The notes below the pieces were generated by a model, which was not told where the DNA came from, did not search any database, and saw only the letters and a program-made list of their open reading frames with translations. This document shows, in pieces, positions 11,341-26,300 of a DNA stretch of 64,000 nucleotides. The stretch lies in assembly GCA_012026655.1 (NCBI GenBank), contig JAAILG010001076.1:1-64000 (forward strand). The letters run 5' to 3'. The position numbers and the translations under genes were made by a program. Positions within the stretch are counted from its first letter, which is position 1. Each line of letters opens with the position of its first letter. The stretch comes from Hydrolagus affinis (taxonomy: Eukaryota).

Positions 11341-14300
11341 CTGTGAATGAATGAGAAATAAGGAGATTATAATAAGTCATATATTCCAACATGTAAATTT
11401 ATACGCAGAACACAAATTTGATATGCAAGTGGTGATGTTCACTGGCAAAGATAGGTTTACATGACACACATTAGATGCCAACCACAGGCACATTTTCTGC
11501 CTAGTTGTAGGATCATTGTGGTTGCCAGGCAGCAGGGCTGTGTGCTGCTGCCTGTGGCCAACATTTCACAAATAAGTTCACTTAAAATTTTAAATTTAGA
11601 AATAAGGATAAAAAGCTTTTTTAAAAAAAAAATGCAATTGGTATGTAAGCATTTGGGAATATAGATAGACACAAGGCATCTTCAAATGTTAAAATGTGGT
11701 AGCACAATCTTGGATGAACTTCTCTGTAACAATTATAATAATATATCACTTTATTGAATTAAACATCTGTTTCTAATATTTTACCTCTCAGTACTGATAC
11801 CACCAGCTGGTTGATCTGTTGGGCATTTTCATTAAACTTGACTAATTTGGCTGCAACAGCAGAGACTTTGCTCAAGTTGATTGTTAAATCTTCAGACTCT
11901 TGTGTTAGAGTTCCCAGCATCTTTTAAAAGTTTTTAAAATAAACATTTTTTTAAAAAAGGCATCACACAAGGTATAGTACTTTGCAGCGATTACACAAAT
12001 TGAAATAAATGCACAAGACATTGGTTACTCTCTACATTTACTGCTCCTTTTCAGTAAATGTAGAGCTTTTATAAATAGCTTTTATTCAGTCACACACATT
12101 TACAATGGAAGAAATCAGTTCAGCTGAAAGTAACCCTTGATCACACTAAAATATTAGCCAGTCGAAACTCTTAAATTGGAATGGCTGACTAGCACAAATT
12201 CCTGTGCAAATTTCAAAGCATTCCAAACGTTTACAATTGTCTACTTTTGCCTCCTATATTAATAGAAGTTTGAAAAGGAGCGTTAAGCGGATGCAATCAC
12301 CACATTGGCAATCAGTGAAAGGAATTCCCCCCTCCCCCAATTGTTTACCCTTCTCTCCTCCTCCCCTCCTACACTGCTCTCTTTGAAGCATATTCAAACA
12401 CCAGTTTAAAATCTTGGAACCACAATGACATGCAATTAGAACGCTGTGGCCAGAAGTCCAAACTGATCCAAAGAACATTTGGATCAATTTAATTCAGATT
12501 TGTAAGTAAGCTTTAGTCTTGTCTTTCAAACAGATATTACAGTGTATTTACACTTAATATATTGCACACGGTTCAATTAAAAATGAAGTTATATGTACAT
12601 TTATTTTGAGGTAGAAAATACCATGCATTTGTTTGGTGATAAATGATAATGCATTTCATTTACTGCAACCGATCGTTTCAGCAAGAGACACTACAATACA
12701 ACACATGTGCCTTTCACGCCAATAGGATGTCTCAAACCACTTTTACAATATAACATATCAATCATTGGTTTCCACATTCTGTTCATCTTTAATATGACAA
12801 TGACTAGTTTTAATCTTGCTATTGAACATTTTTTGTTGGTCAGCTAAAACTCCAGACAATCAGCACTACCAGTTGGAAACCCAAACTGACTTGGTCAGTA
12901 CCAAGCGAAGAATGAAAAACTGCCTTTCTACTCAACTGAGAACTTAAGATTGTACAGATAATAAGTAAGAGGGAGATAGAAACAGTTAAACAAGAATGAA
13001 AGTGGAGGACAGTACAAAAACATATTGGTCTAAAAAAAGTTAGTACTGTACATTGGGACACAGCAGAGTTAATGGTATCATAACGACCACATTTCCATAA
13101 AGACACAAACCACAATGAAACATAGTACTGATGCTTTACAAATAATACACACAAAATAAGATTACCCTCAACAGAGCTAAAAGCATTACACTTAAGTTTG
13201 CAAGCAGCCACTTCACAGCTGATTAGACATGATCAAATTTTAAACTGAGGATTGGAGAACCATATGGAGAGGAACTTCCTAAAATGTATTTTTCAAAGTA
13301 ATGAGCAGAACAATCCATGGGAGAAAATGTGTGCAACTGGCCATATTCATAGGATTTTTCTTCCAATAGAAACATTTACAAACCAAATCGAGTACATTTC
13401 AAGATAGTTTCAGGCTAAGCACCAACACAAGCTGATATTACAAAAACAGGCAACATCCAAAACCAACTGCGCAGAGATTTTTTTTAAGCAGTCGTCTTAC
13501 TTTCAGACAAAAGTAGTCTTTCATAACTACTGGCAGTCAAGTGCTCCTTCGCCTCCTATATAAACATTTCATTTTGACAGCTTGCTTTGTAGGTTTTACA
13601 TAAGGTAACAAAGAGCTGGCCCAGTGAGGGGACACTTATTGGCTTTTCTATACTTACTTCAATAAATCATGTATTATAAAGGAAAGTGATCAGTGAGTTT
13701 CTTTGTTGAAAGGAAAAAAAACAGCTTTGTAGAATATTTAAAACAAGATGCTAATAACCTTGACTTTCTGTTTCCCACTCACCAAAGATTTTCTATTACT
13801 GTATAACCAAGCACTTAAAATCCCACAACGTTATCTGTACTAGCTTAACTTTCACTTAAATTAATTTGATTTAAGCACAATATAGGGATTTTAACCAAAA
13901 CTCAAACTACACAGAACCAGAAGAGCATTAACTGCTGCAACAGTCTTTCTCAACTCGCCCACTTTACAACACAAGGCTTCGGTCTGAAGTGATGATAAAT
14001 GGAGTCCATTCATATAAAGCAATGAATGAGGCATGAAACCAAGCAAATCTGAAAAAAAAACTAATTTGAAAACAATCCTTTCTATGGCTCAAATACAAAA
14101 GAACAGATTTCCTGTCACCTGCACTCATTTATTCTCCTGATTATTTGTGCTGAGTCAAGAAAGTGAATGTGGTGCTCAGAGATAACAGAATCTGCCTCAT
14201 CCTGATAAGATTTCTATTCCGTTCTGTCTGCAGAAAATGAGGCGTGCACAAAGTGATAACTTTATAGCTTCATAAATAAAAATCCCAATTATCCCATCAT

Positions 14301-17300
14301 TATTGGACATACTAATTCGGAGCTTTAGACTATTATAACGGGTAGGTTTAGTTTCATTTGTTAAACCAAATTGAAACATAAAAAGTCAACACAGGTAAAC
14401 CTCTATTTAGGACAGGGTTGCGTTCCTGAAAAACTGTATCTAGATGGAAACGTCCTAAATCAAAACGCGATTTCCCATGCGGTCCCATTATATAACCAGA
14501 GATGCGTTCTTTTCACAAAATTTTTGGACCTTAAACCCACTAAATAACACGCAAAACCATACAAGATAACACACAAATTAACACACATAGGCAAGAAGGG
14601 TACTTGAGGTAACTGTACGTATTGTACTTTAATACTGGCAAACTTTAATACTGGCAGTGTGACAGTGGCACTTACAGCTTCCCCACTCATGTTGATGTTG
14701 TGGAGCCCATAGCATCTTTTAAACCTTTGAAACCTCCCTCTGCTAACACTGAAAGATGGTGCTGTTGAGCCTTCTCCTTCCTGGTCATTTAACTCCCTAA
14801 ACAATGATTTTGCCTTCTCTTGGATAACCAGGGTGTTGAGTGGTATATTACGCTGGTTCTGATCCTCCATCCAAACACTCAGCATTCTTTCCATGTTTTC
14901 CATCACATCACTTCTATGTTTTGCTAATCTGCTTGCACCTGTAACACACCTTCAACTTGCCAGTATATTGTCCTTATTCTGTTTTATAGTAGCCACCATC
15001 GATCTAGCTAGCCCTAAAGCCCTCCCGATGTCCGTACCTTTTTCACCAGAACCGATGCGCTTTATCACCTACAATTTGGTATTTAAAGGGCTGACTTTGC
15101 GGGGTTTCTGGCCACTCGCGTTATTACCGCTGCTCATTTCACTTACTGCTCTTGGTAGAAACATGGTAGAGGCTGTAAATCGCTCGAAGTTGCTCGGGAA
15201 TGTTGGAAATTACTGTAATACTGACGTGGCGGGTGTCGCTTCAAAATCAGCTGGCTTTTAAACAATGACGTAGCGACATGCTATTGGCCAGTTCAAACGC
15301 TTGGATACTCTATATCAGGTGCGAGCGCGATTTACCCACGAATACACTATGGAGTGTGCGTATGGAGAAAAAGGACGTGCAAAATGCGACCGCAATATTC
15401 AAAATATGTACTGCGCATGCGCAAAAAAAAATTGTTCGTTAAAACAAATCCAAGTGTCCTATATCGACCAAAAGGTGTTAAAAAATTATGTTCCTTCAAT
15501 TGAAATGTCCTAAATAGAAGCATCCTAATTAGAAGTGTCCTAAATAGAAGCATTCTAAATAGAGGCTTAACTGTATAACAATCTTTTTTTCAATGATTAC
15601 TGCTAGATTATCATGAATGTTTCAAATATTAAAAAAAAGACAATAATAAAATATTTTTGTGCAATTCTTTAGTGCAATTTTAATTTTTTTTAATTCCTGT
15701 TCAAATTTCAGTGGCAAATATCCACTAAAAGAACATTATGCAAAAGAGATTATTCCAACAACCAAAGAATAAACAAAAGGGCATCATTAAAATTATAGCC
15801 ACAGCAAGCCACTATTGGGAGTGTCACAACAGTACAATTCTCATAACACTGCAGATGATGGAAATCTGAAACAAAAACACAAGTCGCTGGGAACACTCAG
15901 CTGGTCAGGCAGCATCTATGGAGAAAGGAAAGTGACTCAATGTTTCGGATCCACTTTCTGACTAAGTGCTGTGAATCCGAAACATTAACTCACTTTCCTT
16001 TCTCCACAGATGCTGCCTGATCTGCTGAGGTTCCCAGCAACTTCTGCTTTTGTTTCAATACAATTCTCACCAGATGTTCACCTTCTGCCAAAGTCACTTG
16101 AGATTTTATTTCCCTTCCTCAAGCGATGAGTACAAGTATCCCTCCCCAACCGTGGGGGATACGTTCCTGAAAACCTCTGTGGTTAGTAAAATTGCGGTTG
16201 GAAAATGCAGAGTCCCATGGGAATCATGGGGATAGGGGGAGTAAGAAACCAGTTTAGAAAGAGGTGTCGCAGCGAGCCAACCATGGATATGTGAAATTTG
16301 CGGTAGAAAAAACCGCGGTTGGGGCGGGGTACCTGTACAATTATATCCACAACTCAGATGAGAACAAGCAACTCAATACAGACCAACCCAGATCTTGTCT
16401 TGGAGGCTCTGTTTCATCTTGGCCTTACACATTAAGATCACATTAAAACAATTTTGAAGATACATTGATGGTTTGAAAATATCTCAAAATCCTAAAGGAA
16501 TTAAATTCAAACGGGGTCATCTTAAAAGTGGAATGATAAATTAGTTGGTGTCACACACATACACACACACACCCACAGATTCACGTCCCATACCTTATTA
16601 GATTCTGTGAGGTAGTTTTGAACAGATATCATTAGAACAATGTTTTTCTTCTTTAGTTCTTCAAAACACTGTCAATAAGGAAAATGGTCATTAGATACTC
16701 ATTATAAACACAGTTCTAACTAGCACATATGAATCACCAAATGACTTAATAGAGTAGAACTCAAATATAAGGCACTATGGTATCCGAAGGGTTTGCTTAT
16801 AATGCAATCTGGGTTTGGAACCTGATAATTATTTACAACAACAACATGCATTTGTATATCGCCTCTTCACATAGGGTAGTCCCAGTGTGCTTGATAAGAG
16901 CAATTTACCCTTAATAAGCTCCATCATTGAGTCAAAATTATAGCTGGTGCATGGTAGCCAAAATGGATTCCAAGTCATCACAGGCATCAACGTGATGGAA
17001 GTCAGCCATTCTAGCTTTCAGCCTGAGTTTTGAAATGTTGTTGGAGTCAGGCCATTGCAATGAATGCAGCTGTGTTTACCAACTATCATGTCCTATAATA
17101 GTACTGGTTAGGATTTTATGGATCCTCAACTACCAGGTTACAACAAGGCTCTACAGTATATAGAAACATAAATTATGCTTCTGGTTTATGTCTTCAATAA
17201 TGCATTGGTTTGGGATCAACATGTTTGCGATCAATAAAAAAAATGCCGACTGCTACTTAGATAACTGATCTTTGAAACCGATATACTTATAAATTGTAAT

Positions 17301-20300
17301 TAAATCCAACAAAGCATACCAAACATTCTTCACATAAAATCTAAGCCGCCTATTCTCGTACCCAACAAACACCACCACCTGGGCTTTAAATCTCATTTCA
17401 CACAAGGCTTCAGTTAGAATATTAATTTAGGTCTTACATTAAGATGACGATCACATTCAATGAAATGAGTTTCAACTACTGCAGGAGATATTATACTAAA
17501 AAATAGGCATGTATTAAGAATCAGCTTTGATGAATACAAAGCTCACAATGATGTAATGCAGTTATTTCAGAATTTCACATTTTTGAATGGATTGTAGGTA
17601 TTTCTTCACCTTCATAGTTTTTAAATTTCAAACAGAACCTTTTTCCGTCATAAAACACAATTTAACTTCTCCAAGATAGCAATAAGTTTTTTTTATATAA
17701 ACGTGCTGTAACTTTCTGAAGTTATTTTATTATACCATACAATGCAAATAAACAAGCATTCAAAGCCTTCAAGCCTATTACACTAGCCCTTTCATATTTA
17801 CCAAGTGAAAAAGGTCAATGTTGCCCAGCAACTCTGCATCTGCTTGAAGGGCATGCACACTACATGTATATGAGCATTACTTTTTTTGGTATCCACTCTA
17901 GCAGCTAGTAACACGAACAAAATTACTTGTCATTTTAGGTTTTAATTAACCTCGTAATGTAACCCATTTAAATGTGACAAACAACATTTCTCAGAATGAT
18001 ATCTATGTTTAACAGTGCAAAAGCTATCACTGCCTTGTAAATGTTTTTCCACACCACACAGAGAAAATAACAGAGCAGATTAAATGAATCCCGTAGCTCC
18101 AAGACGGGTAGAACATTTCCAAATGAGAAAAGAGGGCAGTGTGGAAATGACATTTTGAAAGTGATCTTAAGCCATGACTTTCCTGTTCATTCACATGATC
18201 CCATTCAATGAAGAGTTAATATATTTTTTTAATTTTATATACAAAGAATGCACAGCATGGAAATAGGCCGCTGGGCCCAAGCAGTCTGTGCGGTGTTTAT
18301 TACTTCACAGGAGTCGAAAGCTATTCCTTACTCCCTCACATCCCTCTATTTCCACTCTCATGTAATGATCTACAAGTTTCCTCTTAAATGTATCTGCACA
18401 AGTGGTGGCCAATGCATTGCCTGACTCCATTTACTGGCTTCCCACCACACAGAGGATACCATGCTCTGGAACTCCATCCCACAGTACCTCCACCTCACCC
18501 CCTCCCTTTCCATCACTGCTATAGCCTTCTTATAGTGTGGAGACAGAGCTGGACACAATACTCCAAATGTGACTAACCAAAGATTTTTTTAAAAAAAGAA
18601 ATAAACAGCACCTCCTCACTTTTATATTCCCTCTGGATGTAAAGCCCCAATCCCCGTTGGTTTTTTATAGCCTTATCTACTGATTTTTAGAGATTTGTGG
18701 ATCTGCTCTCTAAGGTTAAAAAAATTAAGAATCCATTTTCCTTTAAGTGACTACAAAGCATTAACAACTTTTTACAAAAATTCTGGAAGTCAAATTTTAA
18801 TATAATAAAATCAACCAAATGAATTACATTTTTGAAACACAAGCATACAAATTTGAAGGATCTGATTACCTCCATCTTTGCTGTAGTTCTTTGCAGCAGT
18901 TTCTGCTCTTGTTTTGCTCTTTTCAGGCTATTATCCAAGAGACTCTTCATTCCAGCTTTTCCTCCCTCGTAAAGAGAGGCCAATGCCGTCTTCTGGTGAA
19001 GATAATAAGATAGATTAGCTGAAGGAATCACAATCTAAACTCAACATTAATATATATATATAGATATGATCAATCAATACATTATTGATATTATATATGA
19101 AATAATAATCTTTGCATTTGATATAATAAATTTCACTGTAGGAGTTATCAAAACGCTTCACATCGATATTTTATGGGTGAACCAAGTTGCTAAAATCAGC
19201 AGATTTAAAAGATTGCATATTCAGCATTTTAAAAACCTACAGCTCCTTTAGAATGGAGAATACAATTTGCAGTGTATTATCCGTTCCACTTTTTTTCCAT
19301 TCTCTATTTGTTTCTTTGTAGTATCATAATACTGTAGTGCTATACCTTATAACTGAGAGAATCTTCTAAGCTCTGTTCTTCAAAATGCAACGCCAAGCCT
19401 ATGAATGTTGCCAGATGACCTACATGTTTCATAACTCTTTGAATAGTCTGGCTTATTTTGTTCTGAGCCTCCGTCACCATAGAAGAAATGTCTGAATCAC
19501 AGCCCTGGAAACACACACACACTGGTTTGCCAACAGCAAAATACTCAATTCATTAATTTAAATAGATTAAAGGCTGGTTGCTAGATCCTATTCAATTTCA
19601 AGAGTCAGTTGTACAGAGACTAAAATGTCAGAAGACAAAATATACATCATTCAGAAGTAACCCAATGCATACAAAGTACTGTAAGTACATTATAATCTTT
19701 ACTAATATTGAAGCAGATCAGTGTTCTTTAAATTGTGAGGTGAAAGTGAAGGGGAATTCATATATTTTAAATTTAAAAAGCAAATGAATGCAGCACCATG
19801 TAAAATGAACAAAAAGAATTCAAATATAATTTAAAACATCTAATGTGATATTGAGTTAGGAAGGCATCTTCAACAGTGAAAACTGGTTATTTAAAGTATA
19901 ATAATCCTTTCATATCTTGCTTTTCACGTAAAGTGTAGTTATTGTACTTTGTAGACAAAGATGGCAGCCAATTTGTGCACGGTAATGATCCACAAACAGT
20001 CATAAAATAAATGACAAATTGTATACAGGGGATTGTTAGCCAAGACATTGGGAGAAACTCCCTTTCTCAAATAATGCCATGGGATTTTGTAACGTTCACT
20101 TGAATAGGCAGGTCCTCAGGTTAACCTCTCATCTGAAAGTCGTTTTACACTTCTTCCATTTTCATACATTTCTAAAATCTTTATTGTTCTTAAAGTATGT
20201 TTTAATTTGGACCTAGTTAAGTCTCAGATAGATCCTGCTTACCTTTGTGCTCTCCCCAAGAATATTTTTAAAAATGTCTTTGTATTGTTCTATGAATGTT

Positions 20301-23300
20301 ATAATCAAGATACATAGATCCAAATCATAGACTTATAAAAGCTTTAGGATTTGGAAAAATTACAAACCTGTAATAGTAGCTGTAGGTTTCTACCCAATGT
20401 CTTCACTTCACCAAACAGCTCATCATCAGTGATTTCAGAACAAGTACCTTGTGGGAGATTATCGACCCACAGCTTCATTAGAATTGCTATTCTTTCAAGA
20501 TTTGCTGTAATTTTGATACAGTGAGACTGCATGACTGTATTATTGGTGAACACTACAAAGAAAGACACAAAAGTAAGACTGCATTGTTCAAATTCAGGGA
20601 ATTAAACATCTAAATGCGAAAGGAGATCATGAATGAGTTCTTCTAGTTATCTATTTCTTCCTTCAACCCAGAGATTTAGCTTAGCTTTAATTCATAGAAT
20701 AGCCAAACACACAACAGTCAACTATTGAAAGGATAGAGTAAAATAGTTTTTTTTTAAAAATTCACATGTATTTTGTTTTGATCCATTTCAATTATTCCTA
20801 AAATAGTTTTCCAGCTAAACTTGTCAACTCACAGTTTTCTTGACTTTCATTATCCAGCTGCTTATATGCATTGGAGATTGCATATGTTCCAGTCTGAATG
20901 GTCAGCAGGTCAGCAAGGAGCCGATCAGGAATGGTTTCCTGTGGTAAATGATTCCTTCCAAGATAGTCAACAGATGCACCTAGAAGTTCCTTACACACAG
21001 CGGGCAACAAGGACTCAGCACCAGTTGAGCATATACTCCGTGAAATGTTCAACAAATCTATTATGAAATGGAAGAAAAAAAAACACTAGCTTTATTTTCT
21101 GTTTCTCTTACCACATACCCCCAAGCACCCAAATTCACGAAAGGTTATTCCTGTTGCAGTAGTTAGAAGCTTTTTGTGATTGATCTCTGCAAATAGATTA
21201 CGTTTAGCATATTTCTATGCACAAAATTATTTTGTTCAAAGTAGCAGTTTTTGAGTAATGGCTATATTAAATCTCAGTGCAACATCTGATGATAAGCAGC
21301 GAGTTTTCTAGATGCAACATTTGACCCATTGATAGCTCACAGCAATGCTAATTTCCTGTTATGAAAGTTGTTAAAGTAGTAAAAATTTAATCAAACCTTC
21401 TGTGACTTGAAGTTTATAGAAAGAACCCGAGAACTATGCATTTTCTCCGCCTTATCACAGAGGAGCTTTTGTTACAGCCTTCATGGCTAGCCACAACCAG
21501 ACTGATAAATGTGACATCCACTAACAGTTGCTATGGTGGCAAAGAACTGTGGAATGTTCTTTTAAAAAGCACAAACTCGCAACCCCCAAAAATACTGGGC
21601 ACACAAAAAATATTTCCAAATAAAACACTGATAAAATAATAAATAAAATAAGTCAATTTAAGCATTCAATTAGCTTTTATCCTCATTTATTCCCTATATA
21701 GTATTAGTGTCAATATACTAGAAATATTTGTTTTTAATTCCTCACAATTCAAACAAATCTTACTTATCAGCACTCCAAGATGCTATATACAGTAACTGCT
21801 TAAATATTCCAAATCACAAAATCTGAAAAAAATCACACCAAATTAAAAAATAAAATGTAATTACAAATGTTATTAAAAATCAAACTGATCATAGATTAAC
21901 TGAATCCATTGGATATAAATCATGCAAAATATGGCAACCTGTAGGATGTGCAGATTGCAGATTCTGAAGAGGAGCATTTCGGATTTCTGATAAGCACCCT
22001 GACATCCGTTTGCTTCTGAAAAAACTTTTGCTCCTGAACAAGAAAATAACCATGTAATTATTTATATTTTATCAAACTTCTACTCTCAAGAAGCAAAACC
22101 CATCCAATAGTTATTAGCAAACAGGGACATTAAAAAAAATCCTAGTTTGGAACCTTAGTGGGCTCATTCATCAAATAATATCAGTTTTGAAATACGATGT
22201 TAAAATGTAGGTTTTTTTTAATAACAGGAATGTATGCAATGAGGAGAAGCCTGGGAATCACAGCGGGATGTGCTATAACATTTATAATGATCTGCAGGGC
22301 ATCCATTGAGTTATTGATGTAGGTTAATATTAACTAACTGAATGATGCACACTCCACCTTACTAAGCCAATCCAGAACCCTGGTGACTTGTTTGACCCTC
22401 AACTATCCTTCCAACCACACTGACATGACCAGGTCTGCCTTCCCCACCTCCGTAACATTGCCCAGTTCATCTCTGTAACATCTGTAACATCAGTCTCACA
22501 CCACAGGCCACCAAGACCCTCATACATTCATAACATCCAAGCTTGACTACGCAAACTCCTTGCTTTCAGCCTCCCCAAATCCTCCCTCAATTGGCTGTAA
22601 ATCATCCAGAACTATAAATCATCAAGCCCGTGTCCTCACCCTCATCAGAATCTATGACCCTATCACCACTATTGTAGCCCAACTCCACTGGCTAGCTGTC
22701 ACACAAAGGCCTGCTTCACGTCCCCACCTCGCCCGTCCCACCATTGGCAGGCAGGCTTTTAGCCAATCTGCCTCCACCCTCTAGAACTCTGTCCCACATT
22801 CCCTTCACCTCGCACCGAGGACGTATAAGGCGCTGTACAAATGCAATTTGCTGTTATTACCTACTGAAATTAATGTCGAATTTCTGTATCGGAGTATACC
22901 ATTTTAAACAATCTGCTAATTTACCAAAATACAAGATCAGGTTCAGATTAAACAATTGCTATTAACTAAACTAATACTGTATGCAGAATATTCTCTTTCA
23001 TTTACATGTTTATTTCAGCAATATTTATTGCTATTAAAGCACTAAAGTTATTTAAACCATTATTTTGAAGGTAACATTATATTACACTTGCAATGAAGTG
23101 TGTGCAGAACTTTGAAAACTACTTCTAGAGCTTCAGTAAAAATTTTTTAAAATGCAATGCCCGTGCTAATTCACCAGAATTCCATCATCAATTCAAAACT
23201 TACATAGAGGTGTTGACAATGTGCAAGGCAGAATTACAGCCAAATCCATTCCAGTTGCTTAGCAATACAACAAAACGAATGTAAAGCCAAATCTGACTTC

Positions 23301-26300
23301 CCCCAGTTTGTCTCCACATTGGAGCATACATTGTAAACCTTTCAGTAACAAGTATTAACTGGTAAAAAGGCACGACTCTGAAGGAGTCAATCTACTGTTT
23401 AAGCCGGCACATAGTCCAAGAGACCTGAGCTTTCTCTTAAGAATTTTTTTAATGTGAATTCATTACCATTTATGAATCATAAGTTAATAAAAATTAATTT
23501 TAAAAATTCAGTTAATAAAAAAACTTAAAATGAACAAGGTAAAAACTTGGAAAATCAGCTTGAACTAAAGCCAAATCATATTGCTAATACCAGAAAATAA
23601 GGTACTAGAAGGTACATCACCATCTTCCCAAATGTGTTTCATCCCGCCATCAACTACTCTTTCCCAGAAAATTCAAGTGAAATTAGCTTTGCATTACATG
23701 GAAACATTATCTACTCACAATCTTCTAGAAAAAGAACAAGATGTCAGGTCAGCTTCCCAATCATCATTGGGATCATAAAAAAGATCTTCATCCTTGGAAG
23801 ATGCACTTCCCTGTGGAGAGAATTTACTAAGAAAATTAATATGTGCTTGGACGAGTTTTCTCTTCTTCCCTAGACCCTCAGTGCTATCGCATTCTATGAA
23901 AAACGTAACAGAAAACAAGATATATATAAAATTGTTATTTTGTTGAAAGATTAATTTAACATAAAAAGACTATCACCTTTTGTTGAGTCTGAACTGGAAT
24001 TGGCAGATAGCAGCATTAAATATGCTAAGTATGTTACCGTTGGAAGCAATCATTTTACCTGGTGAAGTTCTCTCATAGCTGCCATTTTCCATTCAAATTT
24101 CTCCAAGCTCCAGTAAGTGCTTATGCCCAGCTTAGTGTTCCGAACCTGCACTTGAATCGGAGTTTGAGAGTTTCTTATATTTTCCTTATCAGGCTCTTCA
24201 TGTCTACACAAAATACAAATCAACATCAGTGTTGCATTTCTGATCAGTGAAGCACTGCTTATTAGACCATACCTATTACATCAAGTTTTAAGACAAACAC
24301 AAATGATAATCAGTTCTCATGAAAGTGTCACCTGCAAACTAAAATAGTAAAGTAAAATCCAACAACTATCCAGTGAACCATAAGCGAATGTGCAAAGCAA
24401 ATCCTACACTAATAATCGCCAAGTTTCAAAATAAATTACTTCAGGTAATTGGAAACTGAAAACTATTTCAGAGATTGAATGTCACTGTTCAAGACCAAGA
24501 CAGCTGGTCAGATTTATTTCTTGGAGATACTGACCGACTGAAGACTGTGCATTTCCTTAGATTTTTGCTTATGATGTTAGCCTCCTGGATCATCATTGAA
24601 AGTTTCATGGAGCTCCAGTCTGAACTATCTGAAATAAGTTTAGGATAAATAGTGTATTTATTATTCACAGCAAGTTAAAGTGACAAAGATGGGTTATTAA
24701 CACAAGTATAAACTTCAAATTAAAAGTGGATCATTCTCATCTGTGCTACATCTAAATGCTCCATCCACCTAACATACTCAAACCCAAATTATTTCAATTT
24801 GGGTATCCAATTTACGAATAGATTTTCAAGTAGTTGGGTGTCCAAGCAATGTCAGACAATGATGAAGCAGCATGTGAGGAACTGACTACTGTATGTGGAT
24901 TGAAGAACAATCACTAGAATGATAACATGAAGGGAGTCAGAAAGCAGTCAGAGATCTGTGATTGGAGTTTTCCAGGTTGCAATCACAAATATTTTTTCTG
25001 CTATTCACTGAAGAGAAAGAACTCTAAAACTATTCCAATGGTATCTCTTGCCTGTGGTTCCTGTTGTTCAATAAGAACTGTGAGTGACTGACCTTTGTGG
25101 TTACATTTCAGAGGCTACTACACCAGAAGATTATTCATCGCCTCAAGCTATGCAGCATCAAATTTGAGGTCAGAATGTACGCAAGATGAGTGACAAACCG
25201 CGTCTCTGGCATCTGCCAACAAAAGACTGAAGCAGTCCTTCCCTACAACTGTGAAACAGCAGCTTCCTCTGCTACACCGAGCCACACCTAGCAACCTTGC
25301 AAAGGAGAGGCAACTGTGATGAGGAAAAGATTAAACTATTGAATTGTTTCACCCCTCTTGTTTTTGAAGGACAGCTTACTTTTATAAGTGACACCGCTCT
25401 TAGTCTGTAGCCTTTTCTTTTGCTCTTTCTGTATTTTTTGTAAATCTTCTGCCATTTTTCTCTTTTCTGCTTCCAGTGCAGCAAGAAATTTAGTGTGATG
25501 TATATTATGATCCTCCAGAGCCTAATGGGAAAAAAGGTGAGTTCCAAAAGTGCTGTAAGTAGGATTTCTTTATAAATTACACAAAACAACAGCAACAACA
25601 ACTTGCATCTATAAACCACCCGTCACACAACAAAGTAAATGAAAAGAGATTTTCCACTTTGAATATACATGTACACAAATGAGGTAGAGGAAAGAGCAGC
25701 AGTGTAGTACTGAGCATTGTACTGTGTGTATAGTGGGAGGTAGATTATTTTTTTAAATTCGTTTTCCCCTCACACCAAAATCCTGATTTCAGTTTCCATC
25801 AGTATGAGAATGACTTTGGGAAATCAAGTTTGCTTTGAATGATTTCTAACTTTACATTACCTGTTTTGCGGCTAAAGTCTCCATCTGTAGACGTTTCCTA
25901 TTCAGTTCCACCTTTTGTTCAAGTTGCCTCTTTGCATCCTGGAGCTCCTCAATCTTGGAAACTGCCTTTTTAGTATTAAGTTCCTGCAACTTTTTCTTAC
26001 TGGCTTCCTTTTCCTGAACCACAAAAATAAATCTCAGCAATCATAATTCTATTTCTTGTAGTTTTACGTCATCTGAAGCATAATATGAGCCTACTTCCTT
26101 ATAACTGTTCCCAAGATATAACTAGTCTAAGAGTCTGCCATTTGTGACATCAGGTACGACAAACAAAAATGACTAAATTTCAGAACCATTTCAAAAGCAT
26201 CACTTTGATTGTTACACAAATACTGCAATATACTGCAATATCCATTTATAAGCACATGTCTTTTAAACCAAGAATTTAATCTAAGAGATAATGATATGTT

